In this document: in pieces, positions 26,640-37,801 of the stretch
How the letters are laid out: each line of letters starts with the position of its first letter
Position numbering within the stretch: the first letter of the stretch is position 1
From: Octopus sinensis
Taxonomy: Eukaryota
DNA length: 64,000 bases
NCBI RefSeq assembly: GCF_006345805.1
Contig: NC_043001.1
Span: 98,580,001 to 98,644,000 of the forward strand
Direction: 5' to 3'
The notes under the pieces: generated by a model
Told to the model about the DNA's origin: nothing
Database searches by the model: none
The model's input: the letters and a program-made list of their open reading frames with translations, nothing else
Translations under genes and position numbers: made by a program

Positions 26640-26979
26640 ACATGTATGTATGTATGTATGTATGTATGTATGTATGTATGTATGTTTGTATGTATGTATG
26701 TATGTATGTATGTATGTATGTATGTATGTTTGTATGTATGTATGTATGTATGTATGTATGTATGTATGTAGGTAGGTAGGTAGGTAGGTAGGTAGGTTTG
26801 GGGATGATGTACAGGTATTATATATTAGAAGAAATGAGGTACTCAGAAATCTGGATGGCTTTATATTTAGATATTTATTAGTATGTTACATGTTTTTATA
26901 AATCATATATCATATAATTAGCATTTTCGTCCACTCTAGTGGAGTCTTCAAATTGAACTTCAATTTGAAGACTCCACTA

Positions 26980-27425
26980 GTGGAAGGTGTTTATAAGCCA
27001 TTTAAGAAACACACAAAATCTGTTAGATTCACTTCAACATTTAAATTTAATTTGTCAAAATATTTTCGTTGCTTTGAGACCGCGACCAGTTCACTGACAA
27101 AATTCCATGTTGCATGCTATCTAGTTTGAGGAGATAATCAAGGCTGGCTCTTCCCAACAGAAACACAGACAATCTTCTGGTAACAGTGCCAGTAGCCAGT
27201 TGTCGCAGCCATGTGCAAAGAGATGTAGCACGGAATTTTGTCAGTGAACAGGTCATAGTCTCAAAGCGCCGAAAATATTTTGACAAATTAAATTTAAATG
27301 TTGAAGTGAAAATAACGGATTTTGTGTGTTTCTTAAATGGCTTATAAACATCTTCCATGCTGCAATTGTTTTCATTCCAGCACATGACCTCAGATCAGGT
27401 CACATGCTATGCAAGTACATCTCCG

Positions 27426-27426
<1 letters not shown>
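26980..27426. repeat. Fold-back element (same family as 52573-52909) with captured hAT DNA in the loop
   Basis: Arms 26980-27115 and 27223-about 27358. The loop 27111-27221 matches 25572-25682. Confidence 0.9.
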
Positions 27427-27459
<33 letters not shown>

Positions 27460-27893
27460 CACTCATGATTAAGTCTGCACAGTCAAAACAGCAGTCTTTA
27501 ATGAAAGAACGAATAAACAAACCCTAAGTTCAGAACTTATCAAATTCTGACTGTCATTCCATCCCTCATCTCAGTTATTCATCACCCCCAACACATCACC
27601 TATCAAGGTAGTGTCACTATTTTCAAAAGTTTAATAACAAGGCTTTGAATTATAAGTAATATTTCCATGAATTTAGAACAGCCTAGTAACAAATGTTAAA
27701 CTACAATTTGAGATTTTTATAAACAAAATATGGTTATAAGATACTGCAATCAAATGTCCTGCCTTCTTCCTATCCGCAAAAAATTATACAAACCACGTGC
27801 TCACAAAAACCATTGCCGGTTGCATGAAGATGCAGATGAGAGGCTATTTTCTTTTTTAGTAGGCCTTTATCATACTCTGCATCAGTTTATATA

Positions 27894-28300
27894 TAGTGAC
27901 AGTGAATTATTTTCCTTGTTGGTTTTAAATTGTTACTAGCCACCTTGATTATTCTATAATTTTTCACATTGCCATTTTGTGAAATCAGTCACTGATTCCA
28001 ATGGCATTCTCCATAATATTGACAGGGCAAGTTGGCCTCTACCAGCCATGATGGACTGAGCATTACTGATGAGTATTAATTTCCTATATGAAATTAGCAT
28101 ACTAATTTAATGCATCTTGCACAGAGTGGAGAGGGCTTTCTCCTCTGTCAATACAAAGAGACCATGTCTTTTTGTGGCTAAGAAGTTTATGACTCCTATT
28201 TCTAGCAATGCTGGTTCTCACTGTATCCTTGTCACTCTTAGTGACAGTGAATTAGTTCCTTGTTGGTTTTAAATTGTTGTTAGCCACCTTGATTATTATA
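27894..28300 (+). repeat. 345-nt unit with about 60-nt terminal direct repeat (retrozyme/pLTR-like)
   Basis: TAGTGACAGTGAATTA..CCTTGTTGGTTTTAAATTGTT..TAGCCACCTTGATTATT at 27894 and 28239. Ends in (TA)n. Confidence 0.8.
28060..28113 (+). ncRNA. Monomeric type I hammerhead ribozyme motif
   Basis: GCATTA-CTGATGA-GTAT(taatttcct)ATAT-GAAA-TTAG(cata)CTAA-T-T-TAATGC: 6-bp stem I, 4-bp stem II, stem III with tetraloop, AUU site. Confidence 0.8.
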
Positions 28301-30247
28301 TATATATATAATATATATATAATTTTAAGTTTTTAACTTTACAACTTATGTCTCTTTACAATTTAACTTCTTTTAATTACAGTTTGCTCAAGGATGTCCC
28401 CTGGGTGGCGACCTCCACAGACTGTTGGTCAGCTCACAACACATCATCCTAGCCTGATCTCACCTCAGAGGACATCACACTTTGATGTTCTCACCCAGGC
28501 TATGGTGGACATTCACTACAAGTTCCATCTGCAAGACAAAATGGCCAGGACCATGACAGACATAAAAACTTTGTTAAGACATTTATGCAATTTGGTACAG
28601 AAGTTGAACTCTTGCTAGACATTCCTGAGGCTGCTGCTGATCTGGACATAGAAGGCATCAAGGATGTGAACCTGGATGTGGATCCCAAGACTGGGGATGT
28701 GAACAAAGTTGAGTACATTTCGGTTGATGCCATCCCTGACAAGTCCAAAAACCTGGGCCTAAGCCTGCCAGTGCACATGAAGTGTACAACCTATACCTTC
28801 AACTTGGTAGCCAGTGTGGATACCAACAAGGCTCTTGACAGCACTTTGCTCAAGTCAACCTACAGGAAGGCTATGTCCAAAGCACAGTGGCTATGGAAAC
28901 TGCAGAGCCCCAGCACAGTGGCCACAGACAGCATTCTGGATACGTTAAAGAAGAGGTTTGTGGTCCCCAACAGTACCAGATAGAACTGTATGTATGACTC
29001 TGTTGTTGTCCTCAACAACCAGGAGAAGAATAGGGAACAGGGTAATGACACAGCTGAAGCAGTAGACCTTCACTAATTTTGATGTCGGCTTCCTGCCCAA
29101 GGCCTTGGATAAAAATCCAGGGGAAGGACTAGGATTATTTCAGGAACCTTCTGCCAACTGTAGTGGACACCATTATAAAGCTGAAGGGGGCCAAGTTCAA
29201 ATATCTCCTGTACTGCAGTCTTCTGGGAGACATGATACTGGCAAGCATCATGAAATGGTTTGGGCTTCTCCTAGATCTGGAGTGCCAACTGGCCACTGCC
29301 TTCCACCCCAAGTTTCACCTGTTCTGACTGGAGCAGTATAATAACAGCCAGGTTAGCAGAGTAACAAATGCCATGGAGACCATCATAGAAACAGCCCAAA
29401 TGGAGACCAATAAGGAAAGCAGTACCACCACCACCAGCAATGAGGATAAGGAAGATGATTTCTTCAGCAACATCACTCAGTTCTGGGAGAGCAGGAGCTA
29501 CAAGTCACTGAAATCTAAGGCGTAGAACTTGGTGAAGACCTGAATGGAGTCTGTCTTGAAGGAGGTACTGACTGAAGTTGCCTTTTTTGGAGGAGCAGGT
29601 CTTGATCAACCTGTTCACTGACATCCCATCTAGTGCTGCAGTTGAGCACCTATTCTCTATAAGCAAAGATATTTTGAAGGTCAAGAGAGCCACTCTGTCA
29701 GATGGAAACTTTGAGAAGCTGATATTTATGAAGGGCAACCAGCATCACATTAAGGTGATGGAGAAGGCCCAGCCAGAGTAGCACACCTTGATAATGCTAT
29801 ACTATGCCTTTTTGATTCATTTAATACTCTTTGTACAGTAAATAAAGTGTATGTTGACTGAAAAACTAAAGTTTAATTTCATTTGTTCATTTAATTATTT
29901 GCATACACCTTGATCATCATCTGATCTTAGCATGCTATACCTTTTTAGAAAGCTCTATATCTAAGCTACAACATGAAAATTTCAGCTCTCTAGGTCTGTT
30001 TTTAGGGGGTTTAGAGCAAAACAAACCAAACCGATACTAAATTCATATGATAAAAGTTAGCGGTCACCATTTAGCATTAGCTCCCATTAATTTTTTACCT
30101 GCTTAGGTTGAGAGTTTGTGAAGCTAACTTTTTGGTTAGCTGAGCCCACCATCCTCCTTCTTCCCTTTTTTCCTGAGCGCCCAATAATACTTTATTTGTT
30201 CCACATCCTCGCGTTGTTGTCTTTTTGTTTTCTTGTTTGGATTAACT

Positions 30248-30282
<35 letters not shown>

Positions 30283-30478
30283 TATATATAAGCATATTAC
30301 ATCCATGGCAATCTTTCAGTAGGAGTCACGTCATAAGTGAGTGTGCAACATTATTTCATTTGCTCGACAGAGCTAAACTCATTTTTATGAGGACCTTTTA
30401 ATATATTACTTATTTTAAATAGTTAAACGATTATTTGGCAAGTGATTTTCTTCATTCTTAACATTTTAAGACTTTATA

Positions 30479-30695
30479 AAGCGGCGAGCTGGCAGAAACA
30501 TTAAGCATGCCTGGCGAAATGCTTAGCAGTAGTTCGTCTGCCTTTACGTTCTGAGTTCAAATTCCGCCGAGGTTGACTTTGCCTTTCATCCTCTCGGGAT
30601 CGATATATTAAGTACCAGTTGCGTACTGATGTCGATCTAATTGACTACCCGCTCCCCTAAAATTTCGGGCTTTGTGCTTAGAGTAGAAAGGAATA
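30479..30695 (+). mobile_element. SINE family A, well preserved
   Basis: GCGGCGAGCTGGCAGAA...GAGTTCAAATTCCGCCGAGGTTGACTTTGCCTTTCATCC. Other copies at about 8205, 34870, 35515, 56410, 60043 and 60307. Confidence 0.85.
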
Positions 30696-30950
30696 TTTTA
30701 AGGCTTCATAATATAAAGTATGACATACGATATTTTATCAAGGATGGGAAATGTATAAGATGAGTGAGGCTTGGCTTCTGTTTTTAGCAAAACGAACGAA
30801 CGCAGCAGAGACTCTCTTGTTGGTCCTCTAAGATGAGAGAAGTGGTTCCAACTCGAAATCAAAAACGGGTTTCAAACTCTGTTCTCGCTAGTAACCAATG
30901 AACATCAGTTGTGCTCGTTGTTACACAAGCTGTAATATTTGAAACAATAC

Positions 30951-31007
30951 CACGTCTCTGGTATTTTTCTAAAAAGAGGAAGTTATATTCATGCTTTGTC
31001 ATGTCGA
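30951..31007 (-). CDS. Candidate upstream exon of the CYTH gene (MTKHEYNFLFLEKYQRR-G)
   Basis: Acceptor ttttcttgtttacag, ATG at 31002, donor GTG|gtattg. A phase-1 junction joins in frame to exon 6389-6223 (G|GA TTC TTG AAG ATG). Confidence 0.4.
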
Positions 31008-31069
31008 CTGTAAACAAGAAAATTTTACCAGATTCATAAATAAATAATAGCGTTAATCGACACACACAT

Positions 31070-31102
<33 letters not shown>

Positions 31103-31597
31103 TACATACATACATACTGTAGCTTATAGAATCTTCTGGTCCGTTTGCTTACATCTAACCGGAGATCGATAAACTCGGTAGCGATAATAGATCGGTTCAA
31201 TTAAATCGATTACACACCCTGCCACCAATGTTTGTGCGCTTATTAACCAGTGTGTATATATATATATATATATACAATGTATGTATATAAACATACGTGT
31301 ATGCATGTGCGCGTGCTTGTAATCGTGTGCGTTAGATAAATATATAAATGACACACACATATACAGGGTATTCGTGTGCAAAAATATAAATTCACATGAA
31401 CCTGCAAAAGCAATGGGTATTTCCCACCTCCTCGAAATAACTGTCAACAATAACAGAAAAAATACATGAATAAAAAAATAAAAGAAAACCAGCTGAATGA
31501 CTAGAAACATCCGTCCGACACATTCCTACATTATCTTACGGCTAAAATCTAACTTTCTACGGAACTAAGTTTTCACCAAAAATTTCTTTCAACCTAC

Positions 31598-31660
31598 CTC
31601 TCTTGTAGCTGTACAAAACTGTTATGTTGTTTACGCAAACACATTTCGGTTTTTATAGCT
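31598..31660 (-). other. Candidate non-coding first exon
   Basis: Donor GAG|gtaggt at 31597 within unique CpG-containing sequence. The 5' end is unknown. Confidence 0.35.
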
Positions 31661-32728
31661 CCATACCTCTTAATTTTGCATTAAATTTACATCGGGGTTA
31701 GCATGTTTTTGTTGAAGCTGCACAAGGTCTTCTATAATTCTATTCAATCAAGATTTATGTTAGTAGATGAAGTAAAGAGTGTAAATTAGAAAGATGTATA
31801 ATGTATTCGACCACATGCATTGCTTATAAAAATAACCCTATGCTCTTAAGGAAAAAAAAAAAACTTACGTATTATTTATAAAGGAAAACCTGACATTTAT
31901 TTGCAGCTAAATATTTTCTGAAGTTAAAAATAATCTGAACTATTTACATCATGTTATCCCATACAAGCGAGTGTCCTTTTGTTTATTTTATCAGTCACTG
32001 AATAAATGTTTTCGATAAATAGTATAGGTGTTTCCTGTATCAATAAAAGTTATATAGAACTGCAACAAGCATCTTCGTTGGAAATACTGAAAAAATATAA
32101 CTCTTCATTTTCATTATTTTGACTATAGGGACAAGGCATCAAAGTTTGTGGGGAGGTGGTTAGTCGAATAAATCAACCCCAGTAGTTGACTAACAATAAT
32201 TAAAGCAACATTGTTCCCACCCCAATCCTACAACAGTTACTTGTTTGTGTTAAATATAAGATTAGCGACTCCGGTTGCAGAGATACATAGTTATCACTGA
32301 CTTTACAAACAGGAGGAAAGGATCTTTCCTTCAAAATGAAAAGATCCGGAAATAATTGTTGAGGAATGTTAGCACTTCACACCATTTAAACAACTTGCTT
32401 TCGGATACGGATGAAACAAAAAGCCAATTTGCATTCCCCTTTTGACAAGAAAATAATTGAATGCTTACAATCGAATGGGATATATTCAAATTTCCTTCCC
32501 TGGAGGTCACTTCCGGCAGTTATTTCGAAAACACAGACCTTAACTTTGAAACGTAAGAAAATTTCCTCAGCAGGCCTTATTGATGATACATACATACATA
32601 TGTGTACTTTTCTATTCATTTCGGTCATTTGACTGTGGCTATGTAATACAGTTCTATATTTTGAGAGATGAGGAATTATGTACATTATTTGCATTTGACG
32701 GATATTTGTCCTCATCTTGTTTGTTGTT

Positions 32729-32774
32729 GACACAACGTTTCGGCTAATATACTCTCCAGCCTTCTTCAGGTGCC
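32729..32774 (-). ncRNA. Minimal (dimer-type) hammerhead downstream of the Penelope ORF
   Basis: Minus strand GGCAC-CTGAAGA-A-GGCT(12 nt)AGCC-GAAA-CG-TT-GTGTC. Palindromic AACGTT replaces stem III. Confidence 0.68.
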
Positions 32775-32914
32775 CTGGGGAAATTTCGATGTTAATATAT
32801 TCAGGTCACTGCCTGGAATCGAACTCTTAACCACTACACCATATGCCCGAGGAGTGCAATTGTGGAGTGAATTTTAGGGCTTATAAATCTAATATTTTCC
32901 TATCCTTCCCTAAT

Positions 32915-34370
32915 ACTGGTTCCTATATGTTATTTACATCTGCATTAGGTCTGCTTGGGAGGTTATGTTCTAGTATGTGTGCTGCTTCTTTTAGTTTTCG
33001 TATTTTCCAGTGGTGTTCACTGTCTATTATTTTAACTTCATCCCACAGGGGGAGGTGGTCTCCGTTTTTCCATACATGATCAGCTATACCCAATTTATCA
33101 ATATCTCCTTGTGTCACAGACTTGCGATGTTCCTCTACCCTTACTTTGAGGGGCAGCATGTTTCGCCTTTGTATACATACCACAGCTGTATGGGATGGAG
33201 TACTCGCTGTCTTTGGTCATATTCTCTTCTTTTGGTAGTTTTACTTGAAGGAGATATTTGCAAAGTGTTGTATTACTTTTGAATACTGTCCTGATGTCAT
33301 ATGGGCCACATATCTTTTGTATCTTTTCAGAGAGGCCTTTCACATAAGGTAGACAAACTGTGGTCAGTTTGGCACAGGAGTGGCTGTGTGGTAAGTAGCT
33401 TGTTTACCAACCACATGGTTCTGGGTTCAGTCCCACTGCATGGCATCTTGGGCAAGTGTCTTCTACTATAGCCTCGGGCCGACCAAAGCCTTGTGAGTGG
33501 ATTTGGTAGGCGGAAACTGAAAGAAGCCTGTCGTATATATGTATATATATATGTATGTGTGTGAGTTTGTGTGTCTGTGTTTGTCCCCCTAGCATTGCTT
33601 GACAACCGATGCTGGTGTGTTTATGTCCCCGTCACTTAGCGGTTCGGCAAAAAGAGACCAATAGAATAAGTACTGGGCTTACAAAGAATAAGTCCCGGGG
33701 TCAAGACGCTCGATTAAAGGCAGTGCTCCAGCATGGCTGCAGTCAAATGACTGAAACAAGTAAAAGAGAGAGAGTTCATGGGTTTCATCCCCACTTCATA
33801 ATTGGAGTGGATAGTATATTTTGGGGGTAATTGATGCTTAATAGATTGTTACTTAGCTTGATCATTTCTTTGTGGCATGTATCAGGATCGCTACTTATAT
33901 TCTTTGCTCGGTGTTTTAGGCACTGAGCAATCCCTCTCTTTACACTGTATGGATGGTGGGAATTAAAGTTGCGGTATTGTCGACTTTGCCTTTCATCCTT
34001 TCGGGGTCGATAAATTAAGTACCAGTTAAGCACTGGGGTCGATATAATCGACTTAATACCTATGTCTGTCCATGTTTGTCCCCTCTATGTTCAGCCCCTT
34101 GTGGGTAATAAAGAAATAGGTATTGTCTAGTGAAGGTTGGCTTGCGGTATATGGATGTTCCGGATCTATGCTTGGTGTGTGTTATTAATATGTCCAGGAA
34201 TGCTAGCTGATTGTCTTTTTCCTTTACCATTGTGAACTGTATGGATAGCTTTATTGAGTTCACATGATCTTACAGTATTTGGACATCTTCCTGGTGGGGC
34301 CAGAGTGAAAAGGTGTCATCAACATATCACAGCTATAGGGTTGGTTTTAGTGGTGTTGGTCCTAAAAGCT
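32915..34370 (-). mobile_element. Decayed Penelope-like element (RT C-terminus plus GIY-YIG endonuclease), interrupted by two SINEs
   Basis: YVDDTF, IQFTMVKEKDNQLAFLDILI, YRKPT, SHHPYSVKRGI, YSIPYSCG, LKVRVEEHRK..IADHVWKNGDH..WDEVKIID. Confidence 0.88.
33371..33774 (+). mobile_element. SINE family B, full length
   Basis: GGCACAGGAGTGGCTGTGTGGTAAG...GGGTTCAGTCCC...CTTGGGCAAG...GACTGAAACAAGTAAAAGAG. Confidence 0.9.
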
Positions 34371-35159
34371 GCAATATGTTGATGACACCTTTATACTCCG
34401 GGGATCTGTAGCAAACTTCTAAGTCAGCAGGAATAAATTAAAAGAAGAGGAAAACAAAACCAAAGTAGGACAAGCTTATCTGATCATTTAAAATATTTTA
34501 ATTAATGTAAAGGTGAATCGTAGTAAGGAAAAGTAAAAGTAAATTTTGTCTTACAGCTGGTTCTGGGATTTCCCAGGTGATGGATCAATATATTGATCAA
34601 CATTCTCCATATACTGAGTATTCCATCATCAGAGACAAAGTGTATATGCAGGAAAGTTCTAGACAGAAAATTTAATGTTGATAGAAGTATAAAGTTCATA
34701 GTTCATCTTGTTCTGGAAGGTATGGGGGTTTGGCCATATTTCCATGAAGGTGTACCTCCTTATGTATAATCCCAGGTAAGTCCAGACAGCAGGTTGAGTG
34801 ATGCATTCAGGTTGATAGAATAAATCTAGCAGTGTAATGTTATAGTGCCAAGTAATTAAATTTTATTTTGGCTTTAAGTTCTGAGATTAAATTCTGCTGA
34901 GGTCAACTCTGGCTTTCATCCTTTTGGGATCAATAAGATAAATACCAGTTAAGCAATGGGGTTGATGTAATCAATTAGCCTTTTCCTCTAAAATTTAGGA
35001 CCTTGTGCCTATAGTAGAAAGACAGAGAGAAAGAAATTACCAGAAATACAGGTAAGGTGAAATAAATAAATAAATGATACAGTACAGTAGAATTTATTCA
35101 TTGCATAGTATTGATGATTGAAATTTGTGTGAGACTGACTAATTTTTCATTCTGTTCCA

Positions 35160-35380
35160 TAAAAAGCATCCATGCTGAAACCATGTAAAAAGCACTGGTG
35201 CTGGTGCCACATAAAAAGCAGCCAGTACATTCAGTAAAGTGGATGGCATCAGGAAGGGCATCCAGCCATCAAAACCATCCCAAAACAGTCAACTGGATCC
35301 TGGTGCAGCTCTCTGGCTCATCAGCTTGTCAAACCATCCAACTCATACCTGCATGAAAAACAGACATTAAATGATGATGT
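35160..35380 (+). mobile_element. RTE LINE 3' UTR fragment, decayed
   Basis: GGAAGGGCATCCAGC...CAGACATTAAATGATGATG. Confidence 0.7.
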
Positions 35381-36554
35381 TGAGTGAACTCAGCTCCCAC
35401 AGATCAGTCTCCTCATCACTTTCCCATTCCCCACTATCTCTGCAACACAGCCTTCATTTTCAAGGCTTGTGTTCCCTTGTAACTCCTACACATTGTAAGG
35501 AGATAATTATAGGGCCATTAGATTGTTGGATAGAATGCCTTGTGATTTTTGTTCCAACTCTGTGTGCTCTGAGTTCAAATCCTGCCGTGGTCAACTTTGT
35601 CTTTCATCCATCGATATCAAGTTGGCAGAGTCATTACAATGTTGGATAGAATGCCTTTGTTCTGACTCACTGCACTCTAAGTCTCAATCTTATTGAGATC
35701 AACTTTGCCTTTCACCCTTTTGGGGGACTATAAAAGAAAGTACCAGCCCAGTGTGGTGGAATGGCAGAGTTGTTAGAGAGCTGGACTAGATGCCTTGTGG
35801 TATTTTTTCTAGCTTCCTTGCATTCTGAGTTCAAACCTTGCTCTGTCACCAAAAATGAGTGACATTTCTGTCGGGAGTTGCAACAGACAGACAGCATCAG
35901 CAATTTAAAAAAAAAACAATGAGAACATAAGTTTCCTTCGTTTGATCAGTAGATTGATTGCCACTGCCACCACCACCATCACCATCACTACCACCACATA
36001 TTATAAAAGCAGCAGACCTTGAACACATGCAGCAGATTTCACATAGTAAGTCTTAAATTACAAGATATCAACATACTGTTTACAGTAAGGTATTGTGGAT
36101 GCAGCACAAATGTATGGACTATATAACAAAACAAGAATAAAACATTTTTTTTGTGTACATATAATCTACTTATATAATTGGCTATGCGTCTCCTCTCATT
36201 CTGTCTTTCTGTTTGTCCATTCCACTAACTTACACATCAAAAGTAATTAGCTGCTAACATACTTTCACATGGTATCTGAATTTAGTTGGAACACTGACAG
36301 GTCATTTATTCAGCTAACTATGTATGAATTATATATAGTTATATACAGGAAGATTCAGAAGTCCCTTTAGATTTAAATTATGTATTTCTTAATAATTTTG
36401 TTTGGTATATAAATATATAATGAACCTATTGTATACAGTGTTGGGGTGCACTACAACTCATCAACGAAAAGTACCTAGAACTGCACAAACAGTACATAGA
36501 ATATGCACAGGAAGTGAATAGTGAATAAATCTTTAAAATAAAATATGGGTGTTG

Positions 36555-36760
36555 GGCATCAGGTGTACTGTTGGCAAATTTCAGGAAGCATGGAAGTTTT
36601 GAAGGATGTAGTGTCCTGGTGATTGACAACTAATGTGGGTAGTTTATTCCATGCTTCAGCAATTCTACATGAAAAGATATTTCCAAAAGTCATGGGGGCT
36701 GTGTTTTTTTTTAAAATTATTTTGGAAGCATGTCCATGAGTGTTAGACATATAGAATTAT
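36555..36760 (-). mobile_element. CR1/L2-type LINE 3' end fragment
   Basis: FSCRIAEAWNKLPTLVV..TSFK resembles the FSxRVxxxWNxLP C-terminal motif. Confidence 0.6.
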
Positions 36761-37464
36761 TTTTATTACTATCTGTGTTATTTTATTATAAATGCTTTCT
36801 GATAAATGTTTTTTATATATATGTTTAAGAAAAATGTCATTGTCAAAAGTGGATAGAATATTCACTGTGCTAAAAATGACATAATATAATGATAATCCTG
36901 TCTGATTGTCATGGCATATATAGTTCAACTCTCCGGGGTGGTACAGTCCAAGTGCCTGACAGTATGAATGGAATTTTAGAGAGTCAATGTTCTGAGGAGG
37001 AAGAACTGGGCATGTTGATTAGCAAATGGTCTAATATGGAGTGGACACAGCATGGATGACAATATGAGGAGAGATGCATGAATTGGGAGAACCCAAATGG
37101 ATGTGGCACAAGACTAGGAGAAGAGGCCACTCTAATAGTAGTAGTCATTAATCAAGTACTGATGTTTGGGTGTTATACTGGATGTTTGTGTTTAGTGGCA
37201 GTACTGACCCAAATGTGGGGACTGAGCCTCAATGTAGGCCTCATCTGAGCTTTCTGGAAAGTTAGTAGTTGCTAAGAGCTGAAATATTTCCTGGCTCTAA
37301 GGAGAAAAATCCAGTCTTTGCTATATTGAAGGTGTTTATTGACCAGGGAAGACCCCCACTAATAAGGAAGTCTTATCATTGGAAGCAATTTTAAGGGTTC
37401 TAGCTATGTATGTTTATGTTTAATGTGTGATAATATATTTTCATATTTTCACAGGTATGGTTAA

Positions 37465-37625
37465 GTCAGGCATGAGTAAAGCATGGCTAAGGCATGACTA
37501 TGGCATGGCTAAGGTGTGGCTAAAGCATAGCTATGGCATGGTTAAGGTGTGGCTAAGGTATGGTTAACATGGGACTATGGTATGGCTAAGGAGTAGCCAT
37601 GGCATGGTTAAGGTGCAGGTATGGT
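37465..37625. repeat. 10-bp minisatellite (GGCATGGCTA)n
   Basis: About 15 degenerate decamer units directly upstream of a family B SINE head. Confidence 0.8.
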
Positions 37626-37801
37626 TGAAAGCACAGTTGTGGCTGTGTGGTTGACAAGCTTGTTTCCCAACCTGAGGGACTTGAGTTCAGTCCTACTGCA
37701 CAGCACTTTGGGGGAAGTCAGGCTGACCAAAGCCATCTGAATGGATTTGGTAGACAGAGACTGAAAGAAGCCTGTCATACACACACACACACATATTTGT
37801 A

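Larger units (their letters stand above)
25340..30150 (+). mobile_element. Decayed hAT transposon with an intron-containing transposase
   Basis: Degenerate BED finger (..YNLKSHVKRKHP), FVDNMLPLHVV, VATSTDCWS (first catalytic D), HMKCTTYTFNLV, PNSTR*N, and dimerization domain PSSAAVEHLFS..RATLSDGNFEKLIF. In-frame GT-AG intron 25924-28382. Confidence 0.88.
30750..32560. promoter_or_regulatory. Candidate bidirectional promoter region
   Basis: Repeat-poor and CpG-retaining relative to its flanks. ETS-like CACTTCCGG at about 32508. Outward-facing splice donors at 31597 (-) and 32553 (+, C|gtaaga). Confidence 0.4.
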
